Counted from the stretch's first letter, positions 8,247-16,894 are shown. The stretch is DNA of 40,966 nucleotides from Bacillota bacterium (GCA_030526925.1 JAUNBU010000001.1:1-40966), one strand, 5' to 3'. Program-made: numbers and translations. The notes: generated from the sequence alone by a model not told the origin.

Positions 8247-8275
8247 TTGCATTTGCCGGAGGATTACTCTACAAT
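8247..8275 (+). promoter_or_regulatory. SigA promoter of the WYL gene
   Basis: TTGCAT-17-TACAAT. Confidence 0.6.
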
Positions 8276-8309
8276 GGAGGCAGAAATAAAAGCAGAAAGG
8301 GGCGCGCCA

Positions 8310-9296
8310 ATGGCAAAGAGCAGCAACCAAAAACTGAAGGTTTTACATCTCGTGCGGATATTTCTGGAAAAGACCGACGAAGAGCACAGGATCTCTATCA
8401 AAGAACTGATCGACGGGCTGGCGCGGTACGGTATCGCCGCAGAGCGAAAGAGCCTTTACGACGACATCGAAGCCCTGAAGCTGTGGGGAATGGATATCCT
8501 TTACAGTAAGGAAAAGCCTGCCGGCTTCTATCTGGACAGATGGGATTTCGAAATGCCGGAGCTGAAGCTGCTGGTAGACGCTGTCCAGTCCTCCAAATTC
8601 ATTACCGAGAAAAAATCCTTCCAACTGATCAAAAAGCTGGAGAGTCTTGCCAGCAATCACGAGGCAAAGCAGCTGCAGCGGCAGGTTTACGTGACCAACC
8701 GCATCAAGACCATGAACGAGAGCATTTATTACAACGTGGACAAAATCCACGAAGCTATTTCTGCCAATGTGCAGATCAAATATCAGTATTTCGAGTGGAC
8801 CGTGGACAAGCAGATGCGCGCCCGGAAGAACGGCGAGCCTTATATCATCAGTCCTTGGGCCCTCACCTGGGATGATGAGAATTACTATATGATCGGCTTT
8901 GACGAAGATGCCGAGCTGGTGAAGCACTACCGGGTGGATAAAATGCAGAAGATCCAGCTGCTTGAAGCAGAACGAGCCGGGAAGGAAGCCTTTGAGGATT
9001 TCGATGTTGCCAGATTTGCAAAGCGCACTTTTGGCATGTTCGGCGGGCAGATTCGGCAGGTCACTTTGGAATGTGATAACGGGCTGGTAGGAACGATTCT
9101 GGACCGCTTCGGAAGTGACGTTATCTTGCAAAAGGTTGACAGTGGACATTTTCGCATCAGCCAGGAGGTCACCGTCAGCGGACAGTTTTACGGCTGGCTG
9201 GTTGGACTGGGCAGCGGCATCAAAATCATAGATCCGGACGACATAGCAGAAGAGTTCCAACAGAGACTGGCAGAAATCATGAAAGGGTACCGGTAA
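8310..9296 (+). CDS. wHTH-WYL-WCX transcriptional regulator
   Basis: N-terminal HTH (ERKSLYDDIEAL); WYL core SPWALTWDDENYYMIG...HYRVDKM; FYGWLVGLG..IKIIDP tail. ATG at 8310 follows GAAAGGGG. Confidence 0.9.
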   Translation: MAKSSNQKLKVLHLVRIFLEKTDEEHRISIKELIDGLARYGIAAERKSLYDDIEALKLWGMDILYSKEKPAGFYLDRWDFEMPELKLLVDAVQSSKFITEKKSFQLIKKLESLASNHEAKQLQRQVYVTNRIKTMNESIYYNVDKIHEAISANVQIKYQYFEWTVDKQMRARKNGEPYIISPWALTWDDENYYMIGFDEDAELVKHYRVDKMQKIQLLEAERAGKEAFEDFDVARFAKRTFGMFGGQIRQVTLECDNGLVGTILDRFGSDVILQKVDSGHFRISQEVTVSGQFYGWLVGLGSGIKIIDPDDIAEEFQQRLAEIMKGYR

Positions 9297-9336
9297 AGGT
9301 AGACAGTAAATTGGCAAAGAAAATATTACACAAATG

Positions 9337-9366
9337 TTGCGAACGTATGTTTGTATATGATATAAT
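9337..9366 (+). promoter_or_regulatory. SigA promoter with a LexA (SOS/Cheo) box overlapping the -35
   Basis: CGAACGTATGTTTG (9340-9353) fits the Firmicutes CGAAC-N4-GTTYG consensus; TTGCGA-18-TATAAT with extended TG. Confidence 0.8.
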
Positions 9367-9412
9367 AGTCTTGTAAGTCGGAGGGGTACAGTAGTATTGG
9401 AGGAACGAGATT

Positions 9413-10252
9413 ATGGGAAACAGTAATCACATTCAAAGATTTGGGGATTCTTGGACAGAAGTAAAGCTGAAAGCATTGGATAATTATTTGGAAGCTTATT
9501 GTAAAATCATGAAAAACCAAAATTTCAAGACATATTACATTGATGCTTTCGCAGGGAGTGGGGAAATTTTGCTGAAGCAAGGGAGAGAGATTAAAGGCTC
9601 TGCCGCTATTGCAACAAAGTACGACTTTGATTATTATATTTTTGTGGAGGAAAACGAAGCATTTATTAACATGCTTGAAAAAAATTTGATGGCTTCACCC
9701 AAGTATTCCAGAATGTTATTTGTGAATAAAGACTGTAATGATTTTTTAGAAAGACTAGATCAAATAAACTGGATAGGAGAACAAAAACGTGGTGTGATAT
9801 TTTTGGATCCATACGCCATGCAACTTAGTTGGAGTACTCTCGAAAAAATAGCCAAAACAAAGGCGTTAGATGTCTGGTACCTATTTCCGCTTATGGCGTC
9901 TAATCGTACTTTATTTAAAGATAAAGTAAAAATAAAAGAAAGTACAAAAAAGCAATTAACTCGGCTTTTTGGAACAACTGAATGGGAAGAAGAGATTTAT
10001 AGAGCACCAGAGCAGATAAGCCTGTTTGACGGACCGGATAATAAAGAAAAAGTAACTACGGAAGAACTGAAAAAGTTTATATTAAAAAGGCTGAACACAA
10101 TATTTCCTGCAGTATCAAATAATGCGGTTGTGTTGAAAAACAGCAGAAATGCACCAATGTTTTTGCTTTGTTTTGCAGTGGGCAATCCAAGCAATAAAGC
10201 GAAAGCAGTTGCAATGAGAGTTGCAGATTACTTACTGAAACATATGGAATAG
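9413..10252 (+). CDS. tcmP: Three-Cys-motif partner protein TcmP (SAM-dependent methyltransferase-like fold)
   Basis: WTEVKLKAL..YL..Y, YIDAFAGSG, GSA..A, FVE and FLDPYAMQLSW motifs; adjacent to DUF5131; SD GGAGG; AT-rich. Confidence 0.85.
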   Translation: MGNSNHIQRFGDSWTEVKLKALDNYLEAYCKIMKNQNFKTYYIDAFAGSGEILLKQGREIKGSAAIATKYDFDYYIFVEENEAFINMLEKNLMASPKYSRMLFVNKDCNDFLERLDQINWIGEQKRGVIFLDPYAMQLSWSTLEKIAKTKALDVWYLFPLMASNRTLFKDKVKIKESTKKQLTRLFGTTEWEEEIYRAPEQISLFDGPDNKEKVTTEELKKFILKRLNTIFPAVSNNAVVLKNSRNAPMFLLCFAVGNPSNKAKAVAMRVADYLLKHME

Positions 10253-10264
10253 TTGGGAGGAAAC

Positions 10265-11014
10265 ATGGCACAGAAATCAAAAATTGAATGGACTGAGAAC
10301 ACATGGAATCCAGTTACAGGATGTAGCAAAATTTCTGAGGGTTGCGTGAATTGTTACGCTGAAAGGATGGCTAACAGACTTTGCAAAATGGGGTTGAACA
10401 AATACGAAAATGCGTTTGATGTTGCTATCCATGAAGAATGTTTGGGCGAGCCCTACACATGGAAAAACCCGAGAAGAATTTTCGTCAATTCCATGTCAGA
10501 TTTATATCATGATGGAGTCCCTTTAGAGTTTGTCAAGAGAATTTTTGAAGTCATGAATGAAACGCCACAACACACATACCAGTTACTTACGAAACGTGCA
10601 GAAAAAATGTTCGAATTGTCCGATGAGTTTGCCTGGACAGATAATATTTGGCAAGGAGTGACTGTTGAGAGTAAGAAACATGTTGATAGAATCGATTTCC
10701 TAAGAAATATGCCGGCACATATTAAGTTCATTTCTTTTGAGCCTTTGCTGGAAGACTTTGGGGAAATAGACCTGACCAATATTGATTGGGTGATAGTAGG
10801 TGGAGAAAGCGGCTGGCATGCCAGACCGATGAAAGAAGAGTGGGTTCTTAATATCAAACAACAGTGTGAAGAGCAAAGCGTGCTGTTTTATTTCAAACAG
10901 TGGGGAGGAACGAACAAGAAAAAGACAGGTCGTATGTTGCTTGATCAGACTTGGGATGCGATGCCGGAATTACAAATTGCAGAAGTTTCCCAAAAAGTAA
11001 TCGTAGATCGTTAG
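10265..11014 (+). CDS. DUF5131 / phage Gp37-Gp68-family radical-SAM-like protein
   Basis: SKIEWTENTWNPVTGCSKISEGCVNCYAE (Cx6Cx2C), FVNSMSDLYH, LLTKR, SFEPLL, WVIVGGESG and FKQWGG motifs. ATG at 10265 follows GGGAGG. Confidence 0.92.
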   Translation: MAQKSKIEWTENTWNPVTGCSKISEGCVNCYAERMANRLCKMGLNKYENAFDVAIHEECLGEPYTWKNPRRIFVNSMSDLYHDGVPLEFVKRIFEVMNETPQHTYQLLTKRAEKMFELSDEFAWTDNIWQGVTVESKKHVDRIDFLRNMPAHIKFISFEPLLEDFGEIDLTNIDWVIVGGESGWHARPMKEEWVLNIKQQCEEQSVLFYFKQWGGTNKKKTGRMLLDQTWDAMPELQIAEVSQKVIVDR

Positions 11015-11030
11015 GGGGAATACTATCTGA

Positions 11031-11837
11031 ATGAACCAATCCAAAGACGACAAGATCCTCCTGGCTAATGCGGAGGACAAATTTCAACAGTGCATCCGGC
11101 AGTACCGGATCACCTACACTAATTTTTTGGATTTGCGGCAGCGATCCCTGGTGAGCAGTTTATGTAAAGAGCTGGCTCGCGGCAATCGGGAGGTTCGCTG
11201 CGCATTTTTTGGTGGCTACGAAGATGCCGAACGAACGCTGGCGGTCTTTTTCCCCGACTATGTCGAGCCGTGGCAGTTCAATGAAAAAGGACTCTTGTCC
11301 GATGCGCCGGAAGACTGCCCCCTATCCATCATTCGCATCAAGGCGCCTGCCGGTGGCCGCAAGCTGACCCATCGTGATTACCTGGGTTCCCTGACCGGCC
11401 TTGGGCTGAAGCGGGAGATGATAGGCGACATTCTGACGACCGAAAACGGTGCCGACGTCATAATCATGGACGAAATCAAAGGCTTTCTTCTGCTCAACTA
11501 CAGCAAGGCAGGCCGGGCCAATCTGCTGCTGGAAGCAGTCAACCTAATGGAGCTTTCCATACCTGAGACGAAGACTGCCCTTGTAAAAGACACGGTGGCA
11601 TCCCTGCGCCTGGACAATCTGGTAGCGTCCGCCTTTTCCATGTCACGTGCCAAGGCCGCAGAGGCTATCCGCACAGGGATAGTATTTATCGACAGCGCCC
11701 AGGCGGAGAAGCCGGATATGCAGGTGGCAGAAGGCGCCAAGCTGGTCCTTCGTGGAAAGGGCAAGGCGTACCTACGCCAGGTGGGCGGCAGAACGCGCAA
11801 AGACCGGATCGCCATCACCATCGAACGGTATCTATAA
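11031..11837 (+). CDS. ylmH: YlmH/Sll1252-family S4-domain RNA-binding protein
   Basis: TNFLD, GGYEDAER, LTHRDYLGSL, GDI, VASLRLD and RGKGK motifs. Confidence 0.9.
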   Translation: MNQSKDDKILLANAEDKFQQCIRQYRITYTNFLDLRQRSLVSSLCKELARGNREVRCAFFGGYEDAERTLAVFFPDYVEPWQFNEKGLLSDAPEDCPLSIIRIKAPAGGRKLTHRDYLGSLTGLGLKREMIGDILTTENGADVIIMDEIKGFLLLNYSKAGRANLLLEAVNLMELSIPETKTALVKDTVASLRLDNLVASAFSMSRAKAAEAIRTGIVFIDSAQAEKPDMQVAEGAKLVLRGKGKAYLRQVGGRTRKDRIAITIERYL

Positions 11838-11877
11838 ACATTTCAAAATCATATATTTAATAATTTCCAAAACCCTC

Positions 11878-11908
11878 TTGACCCTGACGTAACGTCATGC
11901 TTTATACT
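11878..11908 (+). promoter_or_regulatory. Mta/TipA-type autoregulated promoter
   Basis: TTGACC-19-TATACT with the dyad TGACGT-A-ACGTCA (11885-11897) in the spacer. Confidence 0.9.
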
Positions 11909-11936
11909 CTTAGTATGCGGAAAGGAGAAGAGCGGC

Positions 11937-12686
11937 ATGAGAACAGCAAAAACGGTAAAAGAAGTCAGCAACCTGACGGGGGTGAGTATACGCACCCTCC
12001 ATCATTACGACAGCATCGGGCTGCTGAAACCTACGGAAATGACGGAAGCAGGCTACAGACTCTATGACGATGGGGCGCTGGAACGGCTGCAGATGATTTT
12101 GCTGTTTCGAGAGCTGCAGTTCCCTTTGAAAGAGATCAAAACGATTCTGGACAGTCCCGGGTTTGACTGCGGCAAAGCGCTGGAGCAGCAGATCAAGCTG
12201 CTGCAGATGCGCCGGGAGCATCTGAATGATCTGATCGATCTCGCCCGCAGAATAAAACAAGAAGGAGATGGAGACATGGATTTTGAACCATTCAATACGG
12301 AAAAAATAAAGGAGTACGAAGCCGAAGCCAGGAAGTCCTGGGGGCACACGGCAAGCTATAGAGAGTACGAAAAAAAGGCGAAGGGGCGTACCATGGAGGA
12401 ACAGGGAAAACTCAATCAAGAGCTGATGGGGATTTTCAAAGAGTTTGGCGATCTACATGCAGCGAAGCCTGAGCTGCAGCCCGGTGATGAAGCGGTGCAG
12501 CGGTTGATCGCCAAACTGCAGCAGTTCATTACGGAAAAGTTCTACACCTGCACGCCGGATATTTTTCGTTCCCTCGGGCAGATGTATGCTGCAGAGGGCA
12601 GTATGAAGGAAAATATAGACAAAGCCGGCGGTCTCGGCACGGCAGACTTCGCAGCACAGGCCATTGAAGTTTTTTGCAGCAAATAG
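11937..12686 (+). CDS. MerR-family regulator with TipAS domain (Mta/TipA-like)
   Basis: GVSIRTLHHYDSIGLL.P..T.AGYRLY; YEAEARKSWG.T; LGQMY and G.GTADF TipAS features. Confidence 0.92.
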   Translation: MRTAKTVKEVSNLTGVSIRTLHHYDSIGLLKPTEMTEAGYRLYDDGALERLQMILLFRELQFPLKEIKTILDSPGFDCGKALEQQIKLLQMRREHLNDLIDLARRIKQEGDGDMDFEPFNTEKIKEYEAEARKSWGHTASYREYEKKAKGRTMEEQGKLNQELMGIFKEFGDLHAAKPELQPGDEAVQRLIAKLQQFITEKFYTCTPDIFRSLGQMYAAEGSMKENIDKAGGLGTADFAAQAIEVFCSK

Positions 12687-12736
12687 AGCACGCCACAAAA
12701 TACAGCATCGAAGCCGGAACTGAGGCCGGCCAATAG

Positions 12737-12768
12737 AAAAACGCTGAAAGTACGAATCAGCGTTTTTT
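12737..12768 (+). terminator. Rho-independent terminator (possibly bidirectional)
   Basis: AAAAACGCTGA-N9-TCAGCGTTTTTT. Confidence 0.75.
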
Positions 12769-12879
12769 ATTTTTGTGTTTTTCTTCATTTTCTGCCTCTA
12801 CATTACCACAAAATCGTTGAAATTTCAAGTCTTGTAATTACTTCGTGCAGGGTGTATTAAGTATGCGGAGGTAATGATT

Positions 12880-13926
12880 ATGAATGAGAAAAAACGAGAA
12901 ATCAATGGCAGCACTAAGGAAAAGAACATGACGGCGTTGGTAAGCTGTTTTGCTCGCGCCTATCACTACGAGCAGAACGAAACCAGGATTTTCAGCGACA
13001 GCTATGCAGGCAAGCTGCTCAGTAGTCAGGAGAGGCAGGCGATAGCAGAGAACATGAGCCGGGGGATACAGTTTTTCGATCTCGGATTTGAAGGAACCGC
13101 TGAGGAAGCGCTGCGGTGGATCGTCGATCACCAGCTTTCTCCGTCGGTGCTGGGCAGGAGTGCTTTCTGCGAGGAAGAACTGGAAAAGGCACGCCAGCAG
13201 GGTTGCAGTCAGTATTTGATCTTTGCGTCGGGGTACGATACTTTTGCTTGCCGCAGCATGTGTAGCAGCCTTAAAATCTTCGAACTGGATCGTCAGGAGA
13301 TGGTCCAAGACAAGAAACGGCGGCTGGAGGGGGCAGCGAAGCTGGACGAAAACGATGAAGACAGCACGTCGGGGCGGGCGCAGAGAGTCTCAGATGACGT
13401 ATGCGAAATGGCAGGCAATAAACCCGCAGATATCGACGTCAAACCTATTTCTGCGGGCGGGATTCCCGCCAGTGGCGAAGCCATTTACATCCCCTGCGAC
13501 CTGGCAAAAGACGGTTGGGATGCCAAGCTCATAAACAGCGGCTACCAAAAAGAGCGGTTGAGCTTTTACGGTCTGCTGGGGATCAGCTACTACCTGACCG
13601 GGGAAGAGTTTGGCAGCCTGCTCAAGACCATTTCCCGCATTATATGCGGGGGCAGCCAAATCTGCTTCGATTATCCCACCATAGAAACGGGCGATGAAAG
13701 CCGGAAAAACCGTCAGCTGGCAGAGGCGGCGCAGGAGCAGATGAAAGCGAAATATTCATATCAGGAGATGGCACAGCTGCTACAGGCTAACGGCTTCGCT
13801 CTCCGAAAACATCTGAATGATGAACAGATGACAGCACAGTATTTCACCGAGTATAACCGGGCTAATCCACAGCATCAAATGCAGGCACCTGAAGGCGTCA
13901 GCTACTGCCTGGCAGAAAAATGCTGA
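12880..13926 (+). CDS. Class I SAM-dependent methyltransferase, leucine carboxyl methyltransferase (LCM)-like family
   Basis: TALVSCFARAYH, IFSD.YA, R.AFCE, QYLIFASGYDTFA.R, FELD, CDL, LG.SYYL and FDY motifs. ATG at 12880 is 8 nt after GGAGG. Confidence 0.85.
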   Translation: MNEKKREINGSTKEKNMTALVSCFARAYHYEQNETRIFSDSYAGKLLSSQERQAIAENMSRGIQFFDLGFEGTAEEALRWIVDHQLSPSVLGRSAFCEEELEKARQQGCSQYLIFASGYDTFACRSMCSSLKIFELDRQEMVQDKKRRLEGAAKLDENDEDSTSGRAQRVSDDVCEMAGNKPADIDVKPISAGGIPASGEAIYIPCDLAKDGWDAKLINSGYQKERLSFYGLLGISYYLTGEEFGSLLKTISRIICGGSQICFDYPTIETGDESRKNRQLAEAAQEQMKAKYSYQEMAQLLQANGFALRKHLNDEQMTAQYFTEYNRANPQHQMQAPEGVSYCLAEKC

Positions 13927-13940
13927 CCAACATCATGCCC

Positions 13941-14010
13941 AAGCAGTCGCCTACGTTAATGTAAGCAGTCGCCTACGTCAATGGCAGATAAGCAGTCACC
14001 TACGTTAATG
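13941..14010 (+). repeat. Three direct repeats of 21 bp
   Basis: AAGCAGTCRCCTACGTYAATG at 13941, 13963 and 13990, separated by 1 and 6 nt. Confidence 0.9.
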
Positions 14011-14113
14011 ACGTTTTTCATTTTTTGTGCGTCCATGTTATAATAGCCGCTGCTATGGATCGAGATTTGTAGTATAATAGATGTCAAAGAACGATATAGG
14101 AAGGGACATTAAA

Positions 14114-16894
14114 ATGGGCAAAACCATTGAAAATAAGCCAACAAAGCGAATATGCGCCGGTCTGCTCGCCCACGTTGACGCAGGGAAGACGACCTTATCG
14201 GAAGGGCTGCTCTACAAAGCGGGAGCCATCAAAACCCAGGGACGGGTGGACCATCAAAACGCCTTTCTGGACACGGACGCTCAGGAAAAAGCGCGGGGCA
14301 TCACCATCTTTTCCAAGCAGGCAGAGCTGACCTGGGGAGACTTGCGGATCATGCTGCTGGACACACCGGGTCACGTGGACTTTTCCGCGGAAATGGAACG
14401 GACGCTGCAGGTGCTGGATTACGCCATTTTAGTAATAGGCGGCAAAGACGGCGTTCAGGGCCACACGCTGACTCTGTGGAACCTGCTGGAAAGGCACGAA
14501 ATTCCGGTGTTTATTTTTGTCAACAAGATGGATCTGGAGGGTGCCGACCGGGACGGGATCCTGGAAGAATTGCGATTGCGCCTGGACAGCCGATGCGTGG
14601 ATTTTTCCGGGGCGCTTTCTCATGGAAAGGAGCACGTCTGGCTGGAGCAGATCGCCATGTGCGATGAGTCTCTGTTAGAGGAATTTCTGGAAAAGAACAC
14701 CCTCGCAGACGCCAGCATTACCGGTGGGATCAGCAAACGCCATATCTTTCCATGTTACTTTGGATCCGCTCTCAAGGTGGAAGGGATCGAAGGGCTATTG
14801 GACGGCATTACACGGTTCAGCCGTGAACCGCAATACGCTGAGGAGTTCGGTGCCAGAGTCTACAAAATCACCAGGGATCCCCAGGGGAACCGGCTGACTC
14901 ATATGAAGGTCACGGGCGGGCGGCTCCGTGTCAAGGATGTGTTGGAGACGGGAGGCGGGACCGCGTCCATCTCTGCTGAGGCCCAGCATGCGACGTCAAC
15001 ATCACAGGCGGTAAACAGCTCACATGGCGAAGCGGCAGACAGCTTGCATAGCGAAAAGCTCCGGGAAAAGGCAGAACAGATACGCATCTACTCCGGTGCT
15101 AAATTTCGCACGGTGGATGAAGCGGCGGCAGGCGACATCTGCGCCGTTACAGGATTGAAGCATACCTTTGCAGGACAAGGTCTTGGAGCGGAGCAACAAG
15201 CTACGGAGCCGGTGCTGGAGTCGGTCCTGTCCTACCAGGTGATCCTGCCGCCGCAGCAGGACGTCCATGAAGCTTTGCAGAAGCTGAGGCAACTGGAGGA
15301 AGAAGACCCGCAGCTTCACATCATTTGGAATGAGCAGCTACAGGAAATCCAATTACAGCTGATGGGTGAAGTCCAGCTGGAGATACTGAAGACCATCGGG
15401 AAAGAACGGTTCAATATGGACTTGGACTTCGGGCAGGGAAATATCACCTACAGAGAAACCATAGCAGGCGCTGTGACAGGGGCAGGGCATTTCGAACCGC
15501 TGCGCCACTATGCGGAGGTGCATCTGCTGCTGGAACCGGCGGAGCAGGGGAGCGGCTTGACCTTTGATTCTGATTGCAGTGAAGACGTACTGGACAGGAA
15601 CTGGCAGCGGCTTATACTGACACATCTGGCAGAGAAAGAGCATGTGGGCGTTCTGACAGGATCGCCTATTACCGATGTGAAGATCACGCTGCTGACGGGC
15701 AAAGCCCATCTAAAGCATACGGAGGGCGGAGATTTTCGGCAAGCCACATACAGGGCATTACGCCAGGGACTGCGAAAGGCGGAGTCCATTTTGCTGGAGC
15801 CCTGGTATGAATTTCGTCTGGAGGTCCCCGGCGAAAACATCGGCAGAGCCATGTCCGACGTCCAGAAGATGGGCGGGGCCATCAATGAGCCGGAACCATC
15901 GGGAACCTACACGACATTGACCGGCAAAGCGCCGGTATCGGAAATGAAGGACTACGGGCTTGCGGTAGCATCCTATACCAAGGGATTGGGACGGCTGTCT
16001 CTTTCCTTGAGCGGCTACGAGCCGTGCCACGATCAACAGCAGGTAGTTGAAGAAATCGGCTACGATCCGGATCGGGATTTGGAAAATACGGCGGATTCGG
16101 TATTTTGTCAGCATGGGGCAGGCTTTACGGTGAAATGGGATCAGGTTGAAGACTATCTTCATCTGCAAAGCGGCTGGCCGCCTGCATCTCTTACCGAAAA
16201 AACGGAAGGCTCGGCGGTAAGCGATGCGGAGGCAGCAGGCTCGGGAGCGCCCGGCTCATCATACGCTTACTACGGAACGAAAGAAGAAGACGAGGAATTG
16301 GAACGTATCTTTGAACGTACCTACGGGAAGCGAAAGCCACATAGACGCATACCGCCAAAGACCATCACACCGAAGAAGGAACAGCAGAAGACAAAGCCGG
16401 CAGAGATTTTGGAAGAATATCTGCTGGTGGATGGATACAACATAATCTTCGCATGGGAGCAGCTGAAAGAGCTTTCCAAGATCAACATGGATTCGGCGCG
16501 GGAAGCCCTCATCGAAATACTCGCCAACTATCAGGGATACCGCAGGTGCAGGATCATCGTGGTGTTCGACGCCTACAAGGTAAAGGGCGGCGAGCGGCGA
16601 TACGAGAAGCACGAAAACGTGGACGTGGTCTATACCCAGGAGGCGGAGACGGCGGACATGTATATCGAGAGGACTGCTTACGAGAAAAAGGGCAAGTACC
16701 ACATCAGAGTTGCCACCTCCGACAGGCTGGAGCAGATGATCATCCTCGGCAACGATGCCTTTAAGGTGAGCGCCGATGAATTTAAATTGGAGATTCAACA
16801 GGCGGAAGCGGAGATCACAGCCTTTATCGAGAAACATAATATGAGAAACAGGCAGCGGCATAGAAATGGGATCAAAATTCCGGGAGAAAAATAG
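14114..16894 (+). CDS. TetM/EF-G-like translational GTPase fused to a C-terminal NYN (YacP/Rae1-like) ribonuclease domain
   Basis: AHVDAGKTT, RGITI, DTPGHVDF, NKMD, GSAL, EEDP and LLEP motifs; C-terminal LLVDGYNII, VVFDA, ETADMYIE and VATSD motifs. The start could alternatively be 14081. Confidence 0.92.
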   Translation: MGKTIENKPTKRICAGLLAHVDAGKTTLSEGLLYKAGAIKTQGRVDHQNAFLDTDAQEKARGITIFSKQAELTWGDLRIMLLDTPGHVDFSAEMERTLQVLDYAILVIGGKDGVQGHTLTLWNLLERHEIPVFIFVNKMDLEGADRDGILEELRLRLDSRCVDFSGALSHGKEHVWLEQIAMCDESLLEEFLEKNTLADASITGGISKRHIFPCYFGSALKVEGIEGLLDGITRFSREPQYAEEFGARVYKITRDPQGNRLTHMKVTGGRLRVKDVLETGGGTASISAEAQHATSTSQAVNSSHGEAADSLHSEKLREKAEQIRIYSGAKFRTVDEAAAGDICAVTGLKHTFAGQGLGAEQQATEPVLESVLSYQVILPPQQDVHEALQKLRQLEEEDPQLHIIWNEQLQEIQLQLMGEVQLEILKTIGKERFNMDLDFGQGNITYRETIAGAVTGAGHFEPLRHYAEVHLLLEPAEQGSGLTFDSDCSEDVLDRNWQRLILTHLAEKEHVGVLTGSPITDVKITLLTGKAHLKHTEGGDFRQATYRALRQGLRKAESILLEPWYEFRLEVPGENIGRAMSDVQKMGGAINEPEPSGTYTTLTGKAPVSEMKDYGLAVASYTKGLGRLSLSLSGYEPCHDQQQVVEEIGYDPDRDLENTADSVFCQHGAGFTVKWDQVEDYLHLQSGWPPASLTEKTEGSAVSDAEAAGSGAPGSSYAYYGTKEEDEELERIFERTYGKRKPHRRIPPKTITPKKEQQKTKPAEILEEYLLVDGYNIIFAWEQLKELSKINMDSAREALIEILANYQGYRRCRIIVVFDAYKVKGGERRYEKHENVDVVYTQEAETADMYIERTAYEKKGKYHIRVATSDRLEQMIILGNDAFKVSADEFKLEIQQAEAEITAFIEKHNMRNRQRHRNGIKIPGEK

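Noticed and set aside
10265-11014. Prophage inferred from the Gp37/Gp68-like gene
   Set aside because: No structural, replication, lysis or integrase genes are nearby.
9301-11028. AGACAGTA / TACTATCT as terminal inverted repeats of the islet
   Set aside because: Only a 7/8 match, with no target duplication, transposase or integrase; compatible with chance.
12453-12828. Minus-strand ORF MKKNTKIK with a weak SD and the TTGAAATTTCAA palindrome upstream
   Set aside because: It runs through a terminator and antisense into the MerR gene, has a poor -10, and encodes no recognisable protein.
13941-14010. Direct repeats as a mini CRISPR array
   Set aside because: The gaps are only 1 and 6 nt, so there are no spacers, and no cas genes are in the window.
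14114-16894. Calling the GTPase tetM/tetW or fusA
   Set aside because: It lacks the YSPVST loop of ribosomal protection proteins and carries an extra NYN domain; no resistance symbol is justified.
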